Positions 40,510-52,975 of a DNA stretch of 64,000 bases are shown here, piece by piece. Origin of the DNA: Octopus vulgaris (taxonomy: Eukaryota); NCBI GenBank assembly GCA_951406725.2, contig OX597815.1, positions 6,510,001-6,574,000 on the forward strand. The letters run 5' to 3'. Numbering within the stretch: the first letter of the stretch is position 1; each line of letters opens with the position of its first letter. A model generated the notes under the pieces. That model was not told where the DNA came from. It saw nothing but the letters and a program-made list of their open reading frames with translations, and ran no database searches. The position numbers and the translations under genes were made by a program.

Positions 40510-40816
40510 ATGAGAAAAAGAAGAAAATGGAGACATTTACGTATAGACATCAAATTTTCAAAGATTTTCAAATCAATAATATAATATGAAATTCTCATCC
40601 CTACAGCCGTTTCAATATCCAATTAATTCAATGAAATACTCAATTACCCAGTTTCAAAAATGAAAATTTTAATTTAATTTAATTTAATTTCTGTAATTGA
40701 ATTAATTGGATATGGAAACGGCTGTAGGGATAAGAATTTCATATTATATGGATTTGAATATCTTTGAATAAACTGATGTCTATACGTCAATTTCCCCATT
40801 TTCTTTCTTTTCTCAT
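40510..40816. repeat. About 120-bp imperfect inverted repeat containing a hammerhead 3' half
   Basis: 40510-40632 vs 40696-40816; both arms carry GAAACGGCTGTAGGG. Confidence 0.85.
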
Positions 40817-41298
40817 ACATATATTTATGTGTGTATGTGAGTGCGTGTGTGCAAGCATGTATGTATGTATGTATGTATGTATGTATGTATGTATGTATGT
40901 ATGTATGTATGTATGTATGTATGTACGTGTATGTTCTTATCCAAGGCAACTTTTTCCCTTCACAGTTTCGCATCTGGTGTCTGAGAAACAAGATGGATAA
41001 AAACAAAGATATTTGACCGAAAAACTCGCTGGATTGGGTCATAAAAATTATTATCGATTCTGTCACAAGAGAATATTGTTTTGTGAAGCTTTATTGCATG
41101 AAATATATAGAAAGCTCCATGATGCGAAGTGAAGTGAGGGCTATCATCCTCATCAAAGAGAAACGGGTGTTTGTTTTAATGGTTTAATGTGTTTTAATCA
41201 ACAGATGAAATAATTTTGTTTACACATACAGAGATATAAATATGTCTGTGTGTGTTTAAAAGATATACACAAATATGAAAGCGTGTATCTATTAGAAG

Positions 41299-41340
<42 letters not shown>

Positions 41341-41668
41341 AACACATGCTGATATGAATGCATGCGTGCCTATTAGACACATTCAGATATAAACCTGTGG
41401 GTTTATTATAAGTACGCATGCAAGCACACCGTCACACACCGTCACATACACACCACAGAAAGGTACAGATGTGTTTGCGCGCGCGTGTGCGCATGTGTGT
41501 GTGTGTTTGAAACACGCATGCGCACATAGATTGAAATCTAAATATGTCTATCAAACATACACACGCACACACGCGCGCGCACAGATGTAGATTTGTGTGT
41601 GAATCTATTAAAACACAGACGCACAGACACATCTACACAATGACACGGATACAAATGTGTGTCAATTA

Positions 41669-42122
41669 AAACACACACACACACATACGCATACACACAT
41701 ACACACACATACATACATACACACACATAGACACACACACATACACACATAGACACATACATGCATACACACATGCAAACACACATATAACACATACACA
41801 CACATAAACACATACACATACACACATATACATACATACACACATATAGACACATACATATACACACATACATACAAACATACAGACATAAACGCATACA
41901 TACATACACACACATATATACATACACATATACGCACACACATACACACACACATGCACACACACACACACATACACACATACATACACACATACAGACA
42001 TACACGCATGCACACATACACACACATATATACATACACATTTACGCACAAACATACACACACACATGCACACACATACATACACACACACATACATACG
42101 CACATACATACACGCACACACA
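41669..42122 (+). repeat. Degenerate (CA)/(CATA) array
   Basis: Direct reading. Confidence 0.95.
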
Positions 42123-42526
42123 TTAAAAATACGATAGTCGCAGTATGTCCAAATTTTTTAAGAAGTTCGCCTGGCGATCACAATGTCCCAGGGTCGATCC
42201 TATTCTGCGGCATTATGAACCGATGTATTTTAATAAATGCCTCGGTCAGATCTATGTCCTGTGAGTGAAAAGCTGTAGGCGGAAACTGTGCAGAAACCTG
42301 TCGGGTGGACTGTGCCTCGAATTCAAAAAGTTACCACTTTGTCACACCCTGTGTTACGCTGATTCTTACCTGAGAATTACGCAATTACATTCATGGAAAG
42401 TGTCTGCGGAATACTCGGCTACTTATACACGGTAATTCAATGAAAAGGTAATTCAGTTAATCAAACAACTGAATGCCAATCGCCGAAACCGACGGAGAAC
42501 CGTTGCCGTTATAAAAAAACACGAAA

Positions 42527-42722
42527 GGCGGCGAGCTGGCAGAATCGTTAGCACACCGGGCGAAATGCCGCTACGTTCTGAGTTCAAATTCCGCCGAGGT
42601 CAACTTTGCCTTTCGTCCTTTCGGGGTCGATAAATTAAGTACCAGTCGTATACAGGGGTCGATGTGATTGACTATCCTCCGCCCCACAAAATCCGGGCCT
42701 TGTGCATATAGTAGAAAGGATT
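42527..42722 (+). mobile_element. SINE family B with the alternative tail
   Basis: Head and core plus GGGCCTTGTGCATATAGTAGAAAGGATT; AAAAACACGA on both flanks. Confidence 0.85.
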
Positions 42723-42791
42723 ATTAAAAACACGATCGTGTTCTAGTTTCATGTCTTTTTTTTTATTATTTATCTCATATATATTTTGTCC

Positions 42792-43100
42792 GTGAAGGTG
42801 CGTGGTTTAGTGGTAAGGGTATTCGCCTAAAGATCGTATGGTTGTGAGTTCGGTACCCGGCGGTGCCTTGTGTCTCTGAGCAAGACACTTTTTTTCACGA
42901 TGCTCCAGTCTACCAAAAATGAGTAGTACCTGTAATTAGAAAGGACCAGCCCTGTCACGCCGAATCTCCCCGAGAACTAGATTAAGGACACATTAATGGT
43001 ACATGGAATCCTCAACCACTTGCATGTTAATTTCACGAGCAGGCTGTTCCGTTGATCGGATCAACTGGAACCCACGTCGTCGCAACCGACGGAGTGTCAG
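42792..43100 (+). mobile_element. SINE with E-like head and C-like tail
   Basis: GAAGGTGCGTGGTTTAGTGG..GAGCAAGACACTTT..TTAATTTCACGAGCAGGCTGTTCCGTTGATCGGATCAACTGGAACCC. Confidence 0.78.
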
Positions 43101-43307
43101 CTTTTTTTTTATACATATACATATTTGGTCATGAGATTTTGCAGTTTAGAAAAATAAAATTACCAAATCCTTCAGTACTTTTTTAGACCCCCATGGTCTC
43201 ATCTTCTAGATGAAGACGTCATCGATGTTGTACCAGTTTTTAAATAATCAGTACTGGGGCCGATGTGTGTGTACATTAATATACATATACAAACATACAT
43301 ACATACA

Positions 43308-43338
<31 letters not shown>

Positions 43339-43796
43339 GTGTGTGTGTGTGTGTGTGTGTAATATAAATAATATATAAATATATGCAAATATACATACAT
43401 ATATGTACATACCTACATCTATATGTATATATACTTGCATATATGGGTACATGACATAAAAAAACGTTGAACACAATGAGAAACGAAAACATAAAAACAA
43501 AAACAGAAAAAAGCTTTTTTTAGGACAACGAAAAAAAAAACAAACAGAGAAACGAGGCATACAACATAAAGAATATTCCCCTTCTTCAGTTGTCCCTCTT
43601 TCATCTACTCCACGGTCGAAGGCAAGGACAAGACGCGACTTCGTTGAAACAGCCCTTCCCGCAAAGCAAATTAAATGAAATTTGGGATTTTTTGCGGAGG
43701 GTGAAAGTGTTAACAAGAACAGGACAGTGAGAACAAAACAGTAAAAACAAACGATGAGGGCTGTTAAGCCAAGACGATGGAAAAATTATTCTATCC

Positions 43797-43839
<43 letters not shown>

Positions 43840-43843
<4 letters not shown>

Positions 43844-44093
43844 GTGTTCAAAAAGTCTCTCCGCAGTAAGTATTTTATTGCAAAAATTTACAAGATGGTA
43901 TAAGACTACAGAAGAATATATTAGACTTTACAAGACTTTAAAAAACTTTAGAAGAGGTGTAGAAAGTGTAGTTATCCATTTTCAATACGCAAGCTGACTC
44001 TTCTACACATGTTTCGAAATACATCTCGGAGAGTCTGACTCGGTGAGTCCGGACGAAAGAAATTTACTGCGGAGAGACTTTTTGAACGCCTTG
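43840..44093. mobile_element. Tc1/mariner MITE with 30-bp TIRs
   Basis: CAGGGTGTTCAAAAAGTCTCTCCGCAGTAA ... TTACTGCGGAGAGACTTTTTGAACGCCTTG-TA. Confidence 0.88.
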
Positions 44094-44818
44094 TATATAA
44101 AAATGAGATCTCGCATGCTGATACTTAGCCGCATTTTGTCTGTCTTTACGTTTTAAGTTCAAATTCCGCGAAGGTCCATTTTGCCTTTCATTCTTCTGGG
44201 GTTGATAAAATCAGTACCAGTTGAATATTTGGGTTCGAAATATTTCCCAACTTTGTTGATCTTTTGCCAAAATTTGAAATCAGTATATAAGATGTCGAGT
44301 TCAGATTCCATTCAGTTAAATTTTCCCTCAACCAAAGTTGCCATGCTTCTCTGCGACTAACAGAATTAATTGATTTTTACATTAAATATTATCACAAGTG
44401 GCGTTCCATAATTTGTGGTTCTCTGCTACATAATTCCGTTAGGGGGCGCTGTATCACCATTTATTCTAATCTTGAGCAAACTTCGGTACATGCAACTTTT
44501 TGAATGGTACGCCTAACGAAAATTCACCTTGAACTGTTTTGTCGTGAGGCCCGCCTGATGATGGCCTAGGTTTCATATGGCCCGCCTTTCGAGAAAAGTT
44601 GCCCATGCCTGATTTATTCTGTGCCACCTTGGTTCTACCATCTCCGCTTCTCAGGTGCTAATGAGATTTTCCCCGTTGTCCAGATTGCTTCCACACCAAG
44701 TCGACTCCTTAGATCCCTAAGTAAACTTAATAGGGAGCCGGAGTATTTTCACCTGGATTAGTGGCAAAGCGCAGTCAATCGAGTGCTGGGGTTTCTCAGT
44801 ATTTTATTTGGGTCCATT

Positions 44819-45590
44819 GTGGAGGCGCAATGGCCCTGTGGTTAGGGTAGCGGACTCGCGGTCGTAGGATTGCGGTTTCGATTCCCAGACCGGGCGTTGA
44901 GAGTGTTTATTGTGCGAAAACACCTAAAGCTCCACGAGGCTCCGGCAGGGGGTGGTAGCGAACCCTGCTGTACTCTTTCGCCACAACTTTCTCTCCCTCT
45001 TTCTTCCTGTTTCTCTTGTGTCTGTATTTCAAAGGGGCCGGCCTTGTCACACTCTGTATCACGCTGAATCTCTCCCGAGAACTACATTAAGGGTACACGT
45101 GTCTGTGGAGTGCTCAGCCACTTGCATGTTAATTTCACGAGCAGGCTGTTCCATTGATTCGGATCAACTGGAACCCTCGTCGTCGTAACCGATGGAGTGC
45201 TCCTTTTGTGGAGGTGCAACGGCCCAGTGATTAGGGCAGCGGACTCGCGGTCGTAGGATTGCGGTTTCGATTCCCAGACCGGGCGTGGAGAGTGTTTATT
45301 GTGCAAAAACGCCTAAATCTCTACGAGGCTCCGGCAGGGGGTGGTAGCGAACTCTGCTGTACTCTTTCACCACAACTTTCTCTCCCTCTTTCTTCCTGTT
45401 TCTGTTGTACCTGTATTTCAAAGGGGCCAGCCTTGCCACACTCTGTGTCATGCTGTATCTCCCCGAGAACTACGTTAAGGGTACACGTGTCTGTGGAGTG
45501 CTCAGCCACTTGCATGTTAATTTCATGAGCAGGCTATTCCGTTGATCGGATCAACTGGAACCCTCGTCGTCGTAACCGACGGAGTGCCAC
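44819..45590 (+). mobile_element. Head-to-tail dimer of full SINE family C inside a single 11-bp TSD
   Basis: Two units of about 385 bp; TTGGGTCCATT at 44808-44818 and 45591-45601. Confidence 0.93.
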
Positions 45591-45855
45591 TTGGGTCCAT
45601 TAACGTTATGAGTTTATATTCCGCCAAAACCGCCTTTTTGGCTTTTTCGTATTTGTGTCGGGTTACTAAAATAATTTATAATGCAAGTACTTACGTCAAT
45701 TAAACTGAACCATCTCCCTCTAGTTTCCCCTCCCCATAAAAGGCTATGGCCTTGTGCCAGCGTTGGAAATAATTATTTTGCTAGGTTATCCAATGTTTAA
45801 TAGATTTCTATTTTAATTAATAATTACACAACGATAAAAGTGCTTGTATATTTAT

Positions 45856-45857
45856 AA

Positions 45858-45901
<44 letters not shown>

Positions 45902-45970
45902 AAAAAAGGAAGGTAGGAAGGAAGGAAGGAAGGAAGGAAGGAAAGGAAGGAAGAAGGAAAGGAAAGAGGA

Positions 45971-46014
<44 letters not shown>

Positions 46015-46066
46015 ATGAAAGAAAGAAAGAGAGAAAGAAAGAAAGAAAGGAAGGAAGGAAGAGGGA

Positions 46067-46102
<36 letters not shown>

Positions 46103-46259
46103 AAAGCAGTAAGGAAGAAAGGCAGGAAGGAAAGAAAGAAAGAAAGAGAGAAAGAAAGATAAAGAAAGAAAGAAAGAAAGAAAGATAAAGAAAGGAAGAA
46201 AGAAAGAAAGAAAGAAAGAAAGGAAGGAAGGAAGGAAGGAAGGAAGGAAGAAAGAGGGA

Positions 46260-46291
<32 letters not shown>

Positions 46292-46360
46292 AGGAAAGAG
46301 AGAAAGAAAGAAACAAACAAACAAACAAAGAAAAAGAGAAAGAAAGAAAGAAAGAAAGAA
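45856..46360 (+). repeat. (GAAA)n/(GGAA)n purine tract
   Basis: Direct reading. Confidence 0.97.
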
Positions 46361-46675
46361 GTCAAAGAACAATAACGAATCAGAGACGGCAAACAAACAA
46401 CAGAAATTCGGATGCTCCACCGACTGAGTCACCAATGTTATTTTGTGTTCTTTTGTCTTTTATTATGAAGAAGAAGAAGGGCCTCCTTATATGTTGGCGC
46501 AGCTGCCTGCTTTCCCGACACCAAACTGCATAATTTAGCAACATATTTCGGTACCAGAATACCAACCGTTTGCACCCTGCTCTCTCTTCCTATTTGGCAG
46601 CCTCTCGTCTCGCTTAGCAATGGCCGCCCAATCGGAATTAATAATTAAACATCGTACAACAAACACACCGACGTC

Positions 46676-46719
46676 TCTCAGCTTCTCCTTCACCCTTCAC
46701 CCTTTCCCTCCCTCCCTCG

Positions 46720-46758
<39 letters not shown>

Positions 46759-47075
46759 GTCTCCCCCCCAGCCCCACTGTTTAACTCTTCTACTCACCTC
46801 CTCCTACTTTCACTTTTTACCTCCCCTTCTCCTCCTACCTCTCACTATCACTTTTACTCTATCTCTATTCATAGCTTCTTTTCTCAGCTTCTCCTTCGTC
46901 TTCACCCTTCATCCTTTCCCTCCCTCCCTCGTTTCTCTCTCTCTCTCTCTCTCTCTGTCTTGTCTCCTCCCCCTCCACTGTTTAATTCTTCTACTCACCT
47001 CCTCTTACTTTCACTTATTACCTCCCCCCTTCTCCTCCTACCTTTACCCTACTCTATTCATAGCTTCTTTTTCCT
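46676..47075 (+). repeat. About 205-bp pyrimidine-rich tandem duplication
   Basis: TCTCAGCTTCTCCTTC..CTTTCCCTCCCTCCCTCGTTT..CCACTGTTTAA..CTCTATTCATAGCTTCTTTT occurs twice. Confidence 0.85.
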
Positions 47076-47297
47076 TCTCACTTTTATTTCTCCCGCTTCT
47101 TTGCACTTCTCCTCCCCTTCCTCTCACCCATTATCTTTACCATTCCCTTGTCTTCCTCCCCCCCTCTCCCTCTCTCTCACTCCCACCGTCACAGTCTTCT
47201 CTCGCCTCATCTTTTTTTTTCCCTCATAAACTCTGCTAACGTTTGTTTTGTTGGGTGTAAACGATTTCCACATTGTTCTGAAACTGTTTTTTTTTTA

Positions 47298-47702
47298 CAA
47301 CCACCACCACCACCACCACCACCACCACCACCACCACCACCACCACCACCACCACCACCACCACCACCACCACCACAACAACAACAACAACCACCACCAC
47401 CACAACCACCACCACCACCACCACCACCACCACCACCACCACCACCACCACCACCACCACCAACCACCACAACCACCACCACCACCAACGCCACCACCAC
47501 AACCACCACAACCACCACCACCACCACCACCACCACCACCAACGCCACTACCACCACCACCACCAAAGCCACCACCACCACAACCACCACCACCACCACG
47601 AACGCCACCACTGTCATAGTAACTACCACCTTCACTATCATTACTACGGCAAACGATTACGCCACAATCGGAATCACCACCACCACCACCATCACCATCA
47701 CT
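47298..47702 (+). repeat. (CCA)n trinucleotide array
   Basis: Direct reading. Confidence 0.97.
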
Positions 47703-47987
47703 ACTAACACATGATAGCGCGATAAGCCAACATCTATGTACATGTGTGTGTGTGTGTGTGTGTGTATGTACATATATTTATATATACGTACATATGTATG
47801 TATAAATACATATAACTATGAATGTGTGTATATATATATATATATTAGAAAAAATGAGGTAATCAGATCGGATGGTTCATATTTATAGATATTTATTTAT
47901 ATATTACATTTTTTACATATATATCATATCATTCAGATCATATCATTCGGATTAGCGCTTTCTCCCAATCCAGTGGGGTTTTCAAAT

Positions 47988-48056
<69 letters not shown>

Positions 48057-48298
48057 TATACACATACATGCATATATAAATATATTCAAGTACTACGATC
48101 CAACATCGTTCAGAAGAAAACCAGCCACCGGCACTCTGAGATTTATGTAAGAAAAACATTTGAACTTCCAGAACTGATACCATGAAAGATTAATTTAATT
48201 TATTTCGATCTATTTGCCTTACAACATGACTAAATTTTCTTTAAAAAAGACCGAAACCGGTAGCATATTTTGCTGAAAATGTCTTTTTATATAATGTG

Positions 48299-48343
<45 letters not shown>

Positions 48344-48347
48344 ATAT

Positions 48348-48402
<55 letters not shown>

Positions 48403-48742
48403 TAAGAAAGTTTGTTTGGTAAAGCACGTGGGTGAATATATAAGAAAATAGTAAAGAGTGAAAAAACGACAGAAGGCTTAAATGTTAAAAAATATATATA
48501 TTTGCGTCAAAAATGTCTGGAGAATATTGGAAAAAATTTTTCCCTCCTTAAAATGACATAATTTTATAATTTTTAAAGAAATACCGGTTTCGCAGTTAGC
48601 TCTTCAAATTTCTTGTGACTTAATGTTTATTTTTAATAACGTAATCCTTGTATTTTTGCTACGGAGAGTTCTAAATAAGGGAAAGTAGTGAGTGATTTCT
48701 TCCGGTGTAAGGGAGATAATCGCTTAAAAATTTTTTTTTCCT

Positions 48743-49090
48743 TTAGTGTGAATTTCTCTGTATTATTGAGTTCGGATAGTTGAGTCTGGGTTTGTACTTT
48801 TCAATGAAGAATGTTTCCTTATTTAGTCTAATTTGTGATGATGATCCGAAAGCACATTGGTAAAATGGAAAGATTAAAAATTGTGGTTGTAGTTGCTTTG
48901 CGCATTTCTCAATGTGTTCACTAAAAGGTATCATTCTATATTCTGGGAATGCAATCTGTTGTCGATGCAGTGTGCATCTACGTCTGAGTGATAGTCCCGT
49001 GGACCCCACGTAGCCTTGGTGGCAGCCCGAGCATTTAATGACATAAATTATGTTTTCAGAGGCACAAGTAAAGTTAGATTTGATCTTGAA
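48743..49090 (-). CDS. GIY-YIG endonuclease domain of a Penelope-like element (truncated ORF, no start)
   Basis: Extending the listed ORF upstream gives FKIKSNFTCASENIIYVIKCSGCHQGYVGSTGLSLRRRCTLHRQQI..SEHIEKC..IRLNKETFFIEKYKPRLN: IIY/YVG, CxxC, catalytic R, H, E and N. Confidence 0.9.
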   Translation of the reverse strand, partial: FKIKSNFTCASENIIYVIKCSGCHQGYVGSTGLSLRRRCTLHRQQIAFPEYRMIPFSEHIEKCAKQLQPQFLIFPFYQCAFGSSSQIRLNKETFFIEKYKPRLNYPNSIIQRNSH

Positions 49091-49246
49091 CTCAATAATA
49101 CAGAGAAATTCACACTAAAGGAAAGAAATTTTTTTAAGCAATTATCTCCCTTACACCGGAAGAAATCACTCACTACTTTCCCTTATTTAGAACTCTCCGT
49201 AGCAAAAATACAAGGATTACGTTATTAAAAATAAACATTAAGTCAC

Positions 49247-49285
49247 AAGAAATTTGAAGAGCTAACTGCGAAACCGGTATTTCTT
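49247..49285 (+). ncRNA. Variant minimal hammerhead in the pseudo-LTR (mirror copy at 48576-48614 minus)
   Basis: AAGAAA-t-TTGAAGA-GC taact GC-GAAA-CCGG-TA-TTTCTT; C3 to U, palindromic ACCGGT stem III. Confidence 0.65.
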
Positions 49286-49416
49286 TAAAAATTATAAAAT
49301 TATGTCATTTTAAGGAGGGAAAAAAATTTTTCCAATATTCTCCAGACATTTTGACGCAAATATATATATTTTTTAACATTTAAGCCTTCTGTCGTTTTTT
49401 CACTCTTTACTATTTT

Positions 49417-49462
<46 letters not shown>

Positions 49463-49509
49463 GATTTAGATTTGTCTTCTAATTACTCTATAGCTTTTAT
49501 ATATGTATG

Positions 49510-49576
<67 letters not shown>

Positions 49577-49701
49577 TCTCAACAATATAGGAATGGCCCT
49601 GATAGGCCATTCGACTCACTAGAAAGAGCAGCCAAACTCAAACCGCTAAATAGTTGTAATTCTGAAATTGGAAGAGAAATAAAAACATTTACCCCTTTTC
49701 A

Positions 49702-49796
49702 TCTCTGGACTATGCATAGTTTCGACAAACTTATGTAAATAAATTAATTAAATTAAATTAAATTTGCTTACAACTGGCGTGTCTCATCAGCAGAGA
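49702..49796 (-). ncRNA. Canonical type-I hammerhead ribozyme with a long stem II
   Basis: Minus strand TCTCTG-CTGATGA-GACA..TGTC-GAAA-CTATGCATAG-TC-CAGAGA; all core nucleotides present, GUC site. Confidence 0.9.
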
Positions 49797-50114
49797 AGCC
49801 TAGGACGAGAATATGTCCACGAAGCTACAGCAAGGAAGCCTCAAGCCAATATGCTCTAAATTTTCAAGATCCACCGCTACCGCGCGGTTTTCTCAGTAGC
49901 AAATATAAACTGCAGATTTAATTTCAAAATTAGCTAAAATAATCATTAATTAATAAATATCAGGGTATATATATATATATATATATTTATATGTGCGTGT
50001 ATGTATGTATGTATGTATGTATGTAAGTATGTATGCGCGCGCGTGTGTATATAGGTTATTCCACATGGTTCTTTCATTATATGTAAAAACCATATGTTGA
50101 CTCTTTTGGATTAA

Positions 50115-50204
<90 letters not shown>

Positions 50205-50270
50205 ATGTGTGTATGTATGTATGTATGTATAAAAAACAAAGTAAAATTGTAAGGTAACGCACGTGTAAAA

Positions 50271-50452
50271 ATATATGAAAGAAGGTTTTAAAATGCGAAG
50301 GACTTTTTGAAATGTTTATTGACTTGACCGGTTTCACTTTTTTAGAAAAAGATTTTACTTTTGATAATTTTTTTCTAAAAAAGTGAAACCGGTCAAGTCA
50401 ATAAACATTTCTAAAAGTCCTTTGCATTTTCAAACAACCTTCTTTCATATAT
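50271..50452. mobile_element. Fold-back mini-element (about 80-bp arms) with a degenerate hammerhead at its apex
   Basis: 50271-50350 vs 50370-50452; ACTT-TTGATAA-(T)7 cta AAAAAGT-GAAA-CCGG-TC-AAGT at 50357-50398. Confidence 0.75.
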
Positions 50453-50524
50453 ATGTGTTTTACTCTTTATCTTTTATCAAACTTTTAATACTTTTGATAT
50501 ATATTTAAAATAATATAAATTAAA

Positions 50525-50591
<67 letters not shown>

Positions 50592-50737
50592 CGTATATAT
50601 GTATGTATTTATACATACACGCATACATACCAATATGTCAGTGTGTGTGTGTGTGTACGTGAGTCGTCTAAAAGTCAGGGAAAGGATGCATTCGTATATC
50701 TGTCATTAGAGTTTGCATATTATCCGAAATGTAATAC

Positions 50738-50953
50738 TATTAAACACCCATCACGGTTGATATTACCAATCGGTTTTGCATAAAGTGCATAACGGAGTGT
50801 TAGGTAATATTATGTAACTATACGCTCATCAGAGTTAGTCGTTATGGAAGGGAATATGGCGACTAGTAGTCGCCATTCCCCTTTTACCTAACACTCCATT
50901 GTACTCTCTACGCGAAACAGTTTGGTAAGATCAGCTGTGATCGATATTTAATA
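50738..50953. repeat. 70-bp ungapped imperfect inverted repeat with a branched loop
   Basis: 50738-50807 vs 50884-50953, 55/70 identical by hand alignment; inner hairpin ATGGCGACTA-G-TAGTCGCCAT. Confidence 0.85.
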
Positions 50954-51124
50954 CTACACATAATATATATATATACACATTTAATCCCGAAGAGACTCAC
51001 CATATGGTTTTTACTTATAACGAAAGAATCATCTGGAGATTCGCTAAGCCGAGTGACAGCGGAAACCCAGATCTCGGTCAGTTAAATATGAATTTTTTTC
51101 TACGACAAAATCTCTTTGGCCGCA

Positions 51125-51442
51125 TACTCTTTTACTCTTTTACTTGTTTCAGTCATTTGACTGCGACCATGCTGGAGCACCGCCTTTAGTCAAACAAGTC
51201 GACCCCAGGGCATATTCTTTGGAAGCCTAGTACTTATTCTATCGGTCTCTTTTGCCGAACCGCTAAGTTACGGGAACGTAAACACACCAGCATCGGCTGT
51301 CAAACGATGTTGGCGGGGACAAACACAGACTCACAAACATATACACGCACATACATATATATACATACATACATATATACGACGGGCTTCTTCCAGTTTC
51401 CGTCTACCAAATCCACTTACAAGGCTTTGGTCGGCCCGAGGA
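51125..51442 (-). mobile_element. SINE family A, 5'-truncated
   Basis: Family motifs. Confidence 0.88.
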
Positions 51443-51727
51443 AAATATGCATATTTACATAGTTTTAATATAATTTTTAATATATCGACCGGTTTCGCTA
51501 TCGCTATTCATGATTTTATGTTTTACTTATTTGAATATATATTTTTTCTTAAGAAGAAATTTGGTCCATGTTGTGTGAGATGAAATTCACGGTTTACGGT
51601 ACAATGACAGAAAAACGGACGATGTTACACGAATATAAATACAAAAACAAAAAATAATACGAATATAAATACAAAAAACAATAATAATAATAATAACAGG
51701 ACATAACAACAGGCGTCTTTCGACTTA

Positions 51728-51759
<32 letters not shown>

Positions 51760-52265
51760 TGTATATATACATATTCATTTTTGAAAAATAACTTTTATCA
51801 AAACAAACCCCTCCCCTTTGAGTGACCACCTGGTATTGCCATTTTTAAAGGCCAAGAATCAACTCATCACTTTCTATTGAAAGAAATGGCCAGCTGTATA
51901 GATGAAAACACATTTTTTCTTCTTACTCTCTTCCTTCTTTTTTCCTTCTCTTTTCCATTGATACTCCTGTCAGATACATAGGCACACACACACACATACA
52001 CACACACACACAAAAAAAAATACACACACTCTCTCTCACTTTCTCCCTATTCCTCACCCTCTTTTACTATCCTATATCTCTCTCCACCCCTACACACTCA
52101 ATAATACTATAAAAAGAGACGAATCCCCTCAAAAAAATTTTAATCTGAAGAATCTATTAGAGTAGATGCACGCGCTAATATATGATTTATAAAACCATGT
52201 AACATATTAATAATAAATCTGTAAACGAACAACCATCCAGATTTCTGAGTACCATATTTTTTCTA

Positions 52266-52349
<84 letters not shown>

Positions 52350-52357
52350 ATATATGC

Positions 52358-52404
<47 letters not shown>

Positions 52405-52975
52405 CAGATATGCATATATATATGTACAGAAAGTAAAGTGTCGGTGAGCTGAGCCAGGGGCTGTAGCTATATTTGAACCCCTTCAAAATCCAAACAAGTC
52501 ATCCATTGATAAAAATCTTCGATTACATATAATCAATTTCGATTGCCATCATTGGATCTTCTTTGATCATTCTCATTTGCTTCCTGTGTTATTTCTATAC
52601 TTTTACGTTTATGTTAGTCAAAAGAAGGAGACAGCGTCTATAATTATAATCTTTGTATGATCTCCACAATACTTAAAATTGATGTGGGTCTTGTTCAGAT
52701 ATGACCGGTGTCAGTTCTCAATTCTGTTTTTCTCTTTATTCCTATTTCTGCTTCTGCTTACAAGAAATGCTACTGTTCTTACTATCCTTTACATAAATGA
52801 CCACAACATCTTGTCTTGGCTACACGCGGGTGGGAGGGGGTTGGTGACACAAACTTTCATTCACACTTTGAATTTGGTGATACTGGTAACGGCTTTAGCT
52901 CGCTCTGATACTGAGTTGAGATGATGCCTTCTAGTACCTCGAAATTTAATATACAATTATTCATAATTGTAGTGT

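Larger units (their letters stand above)
48401..49425 (-). mobile_element. 5'-truncated Penelope-like element with an inverted pseudo-LTR, inserted in (TA)n
   Basis: About 338-bp near-perfect inverted arms (48436-48773 / 49088-49425) around a GIY-YIG coding spacer; HHR-like motif in each arm; (TA)n on both sides. Confidence 0.9.

Noticed and set aside
43560-43630. Minus-strand CTGAAGA-AGGGG in a dispersed-looking repeat
   Set aside because: No GAAA half present in this copy.
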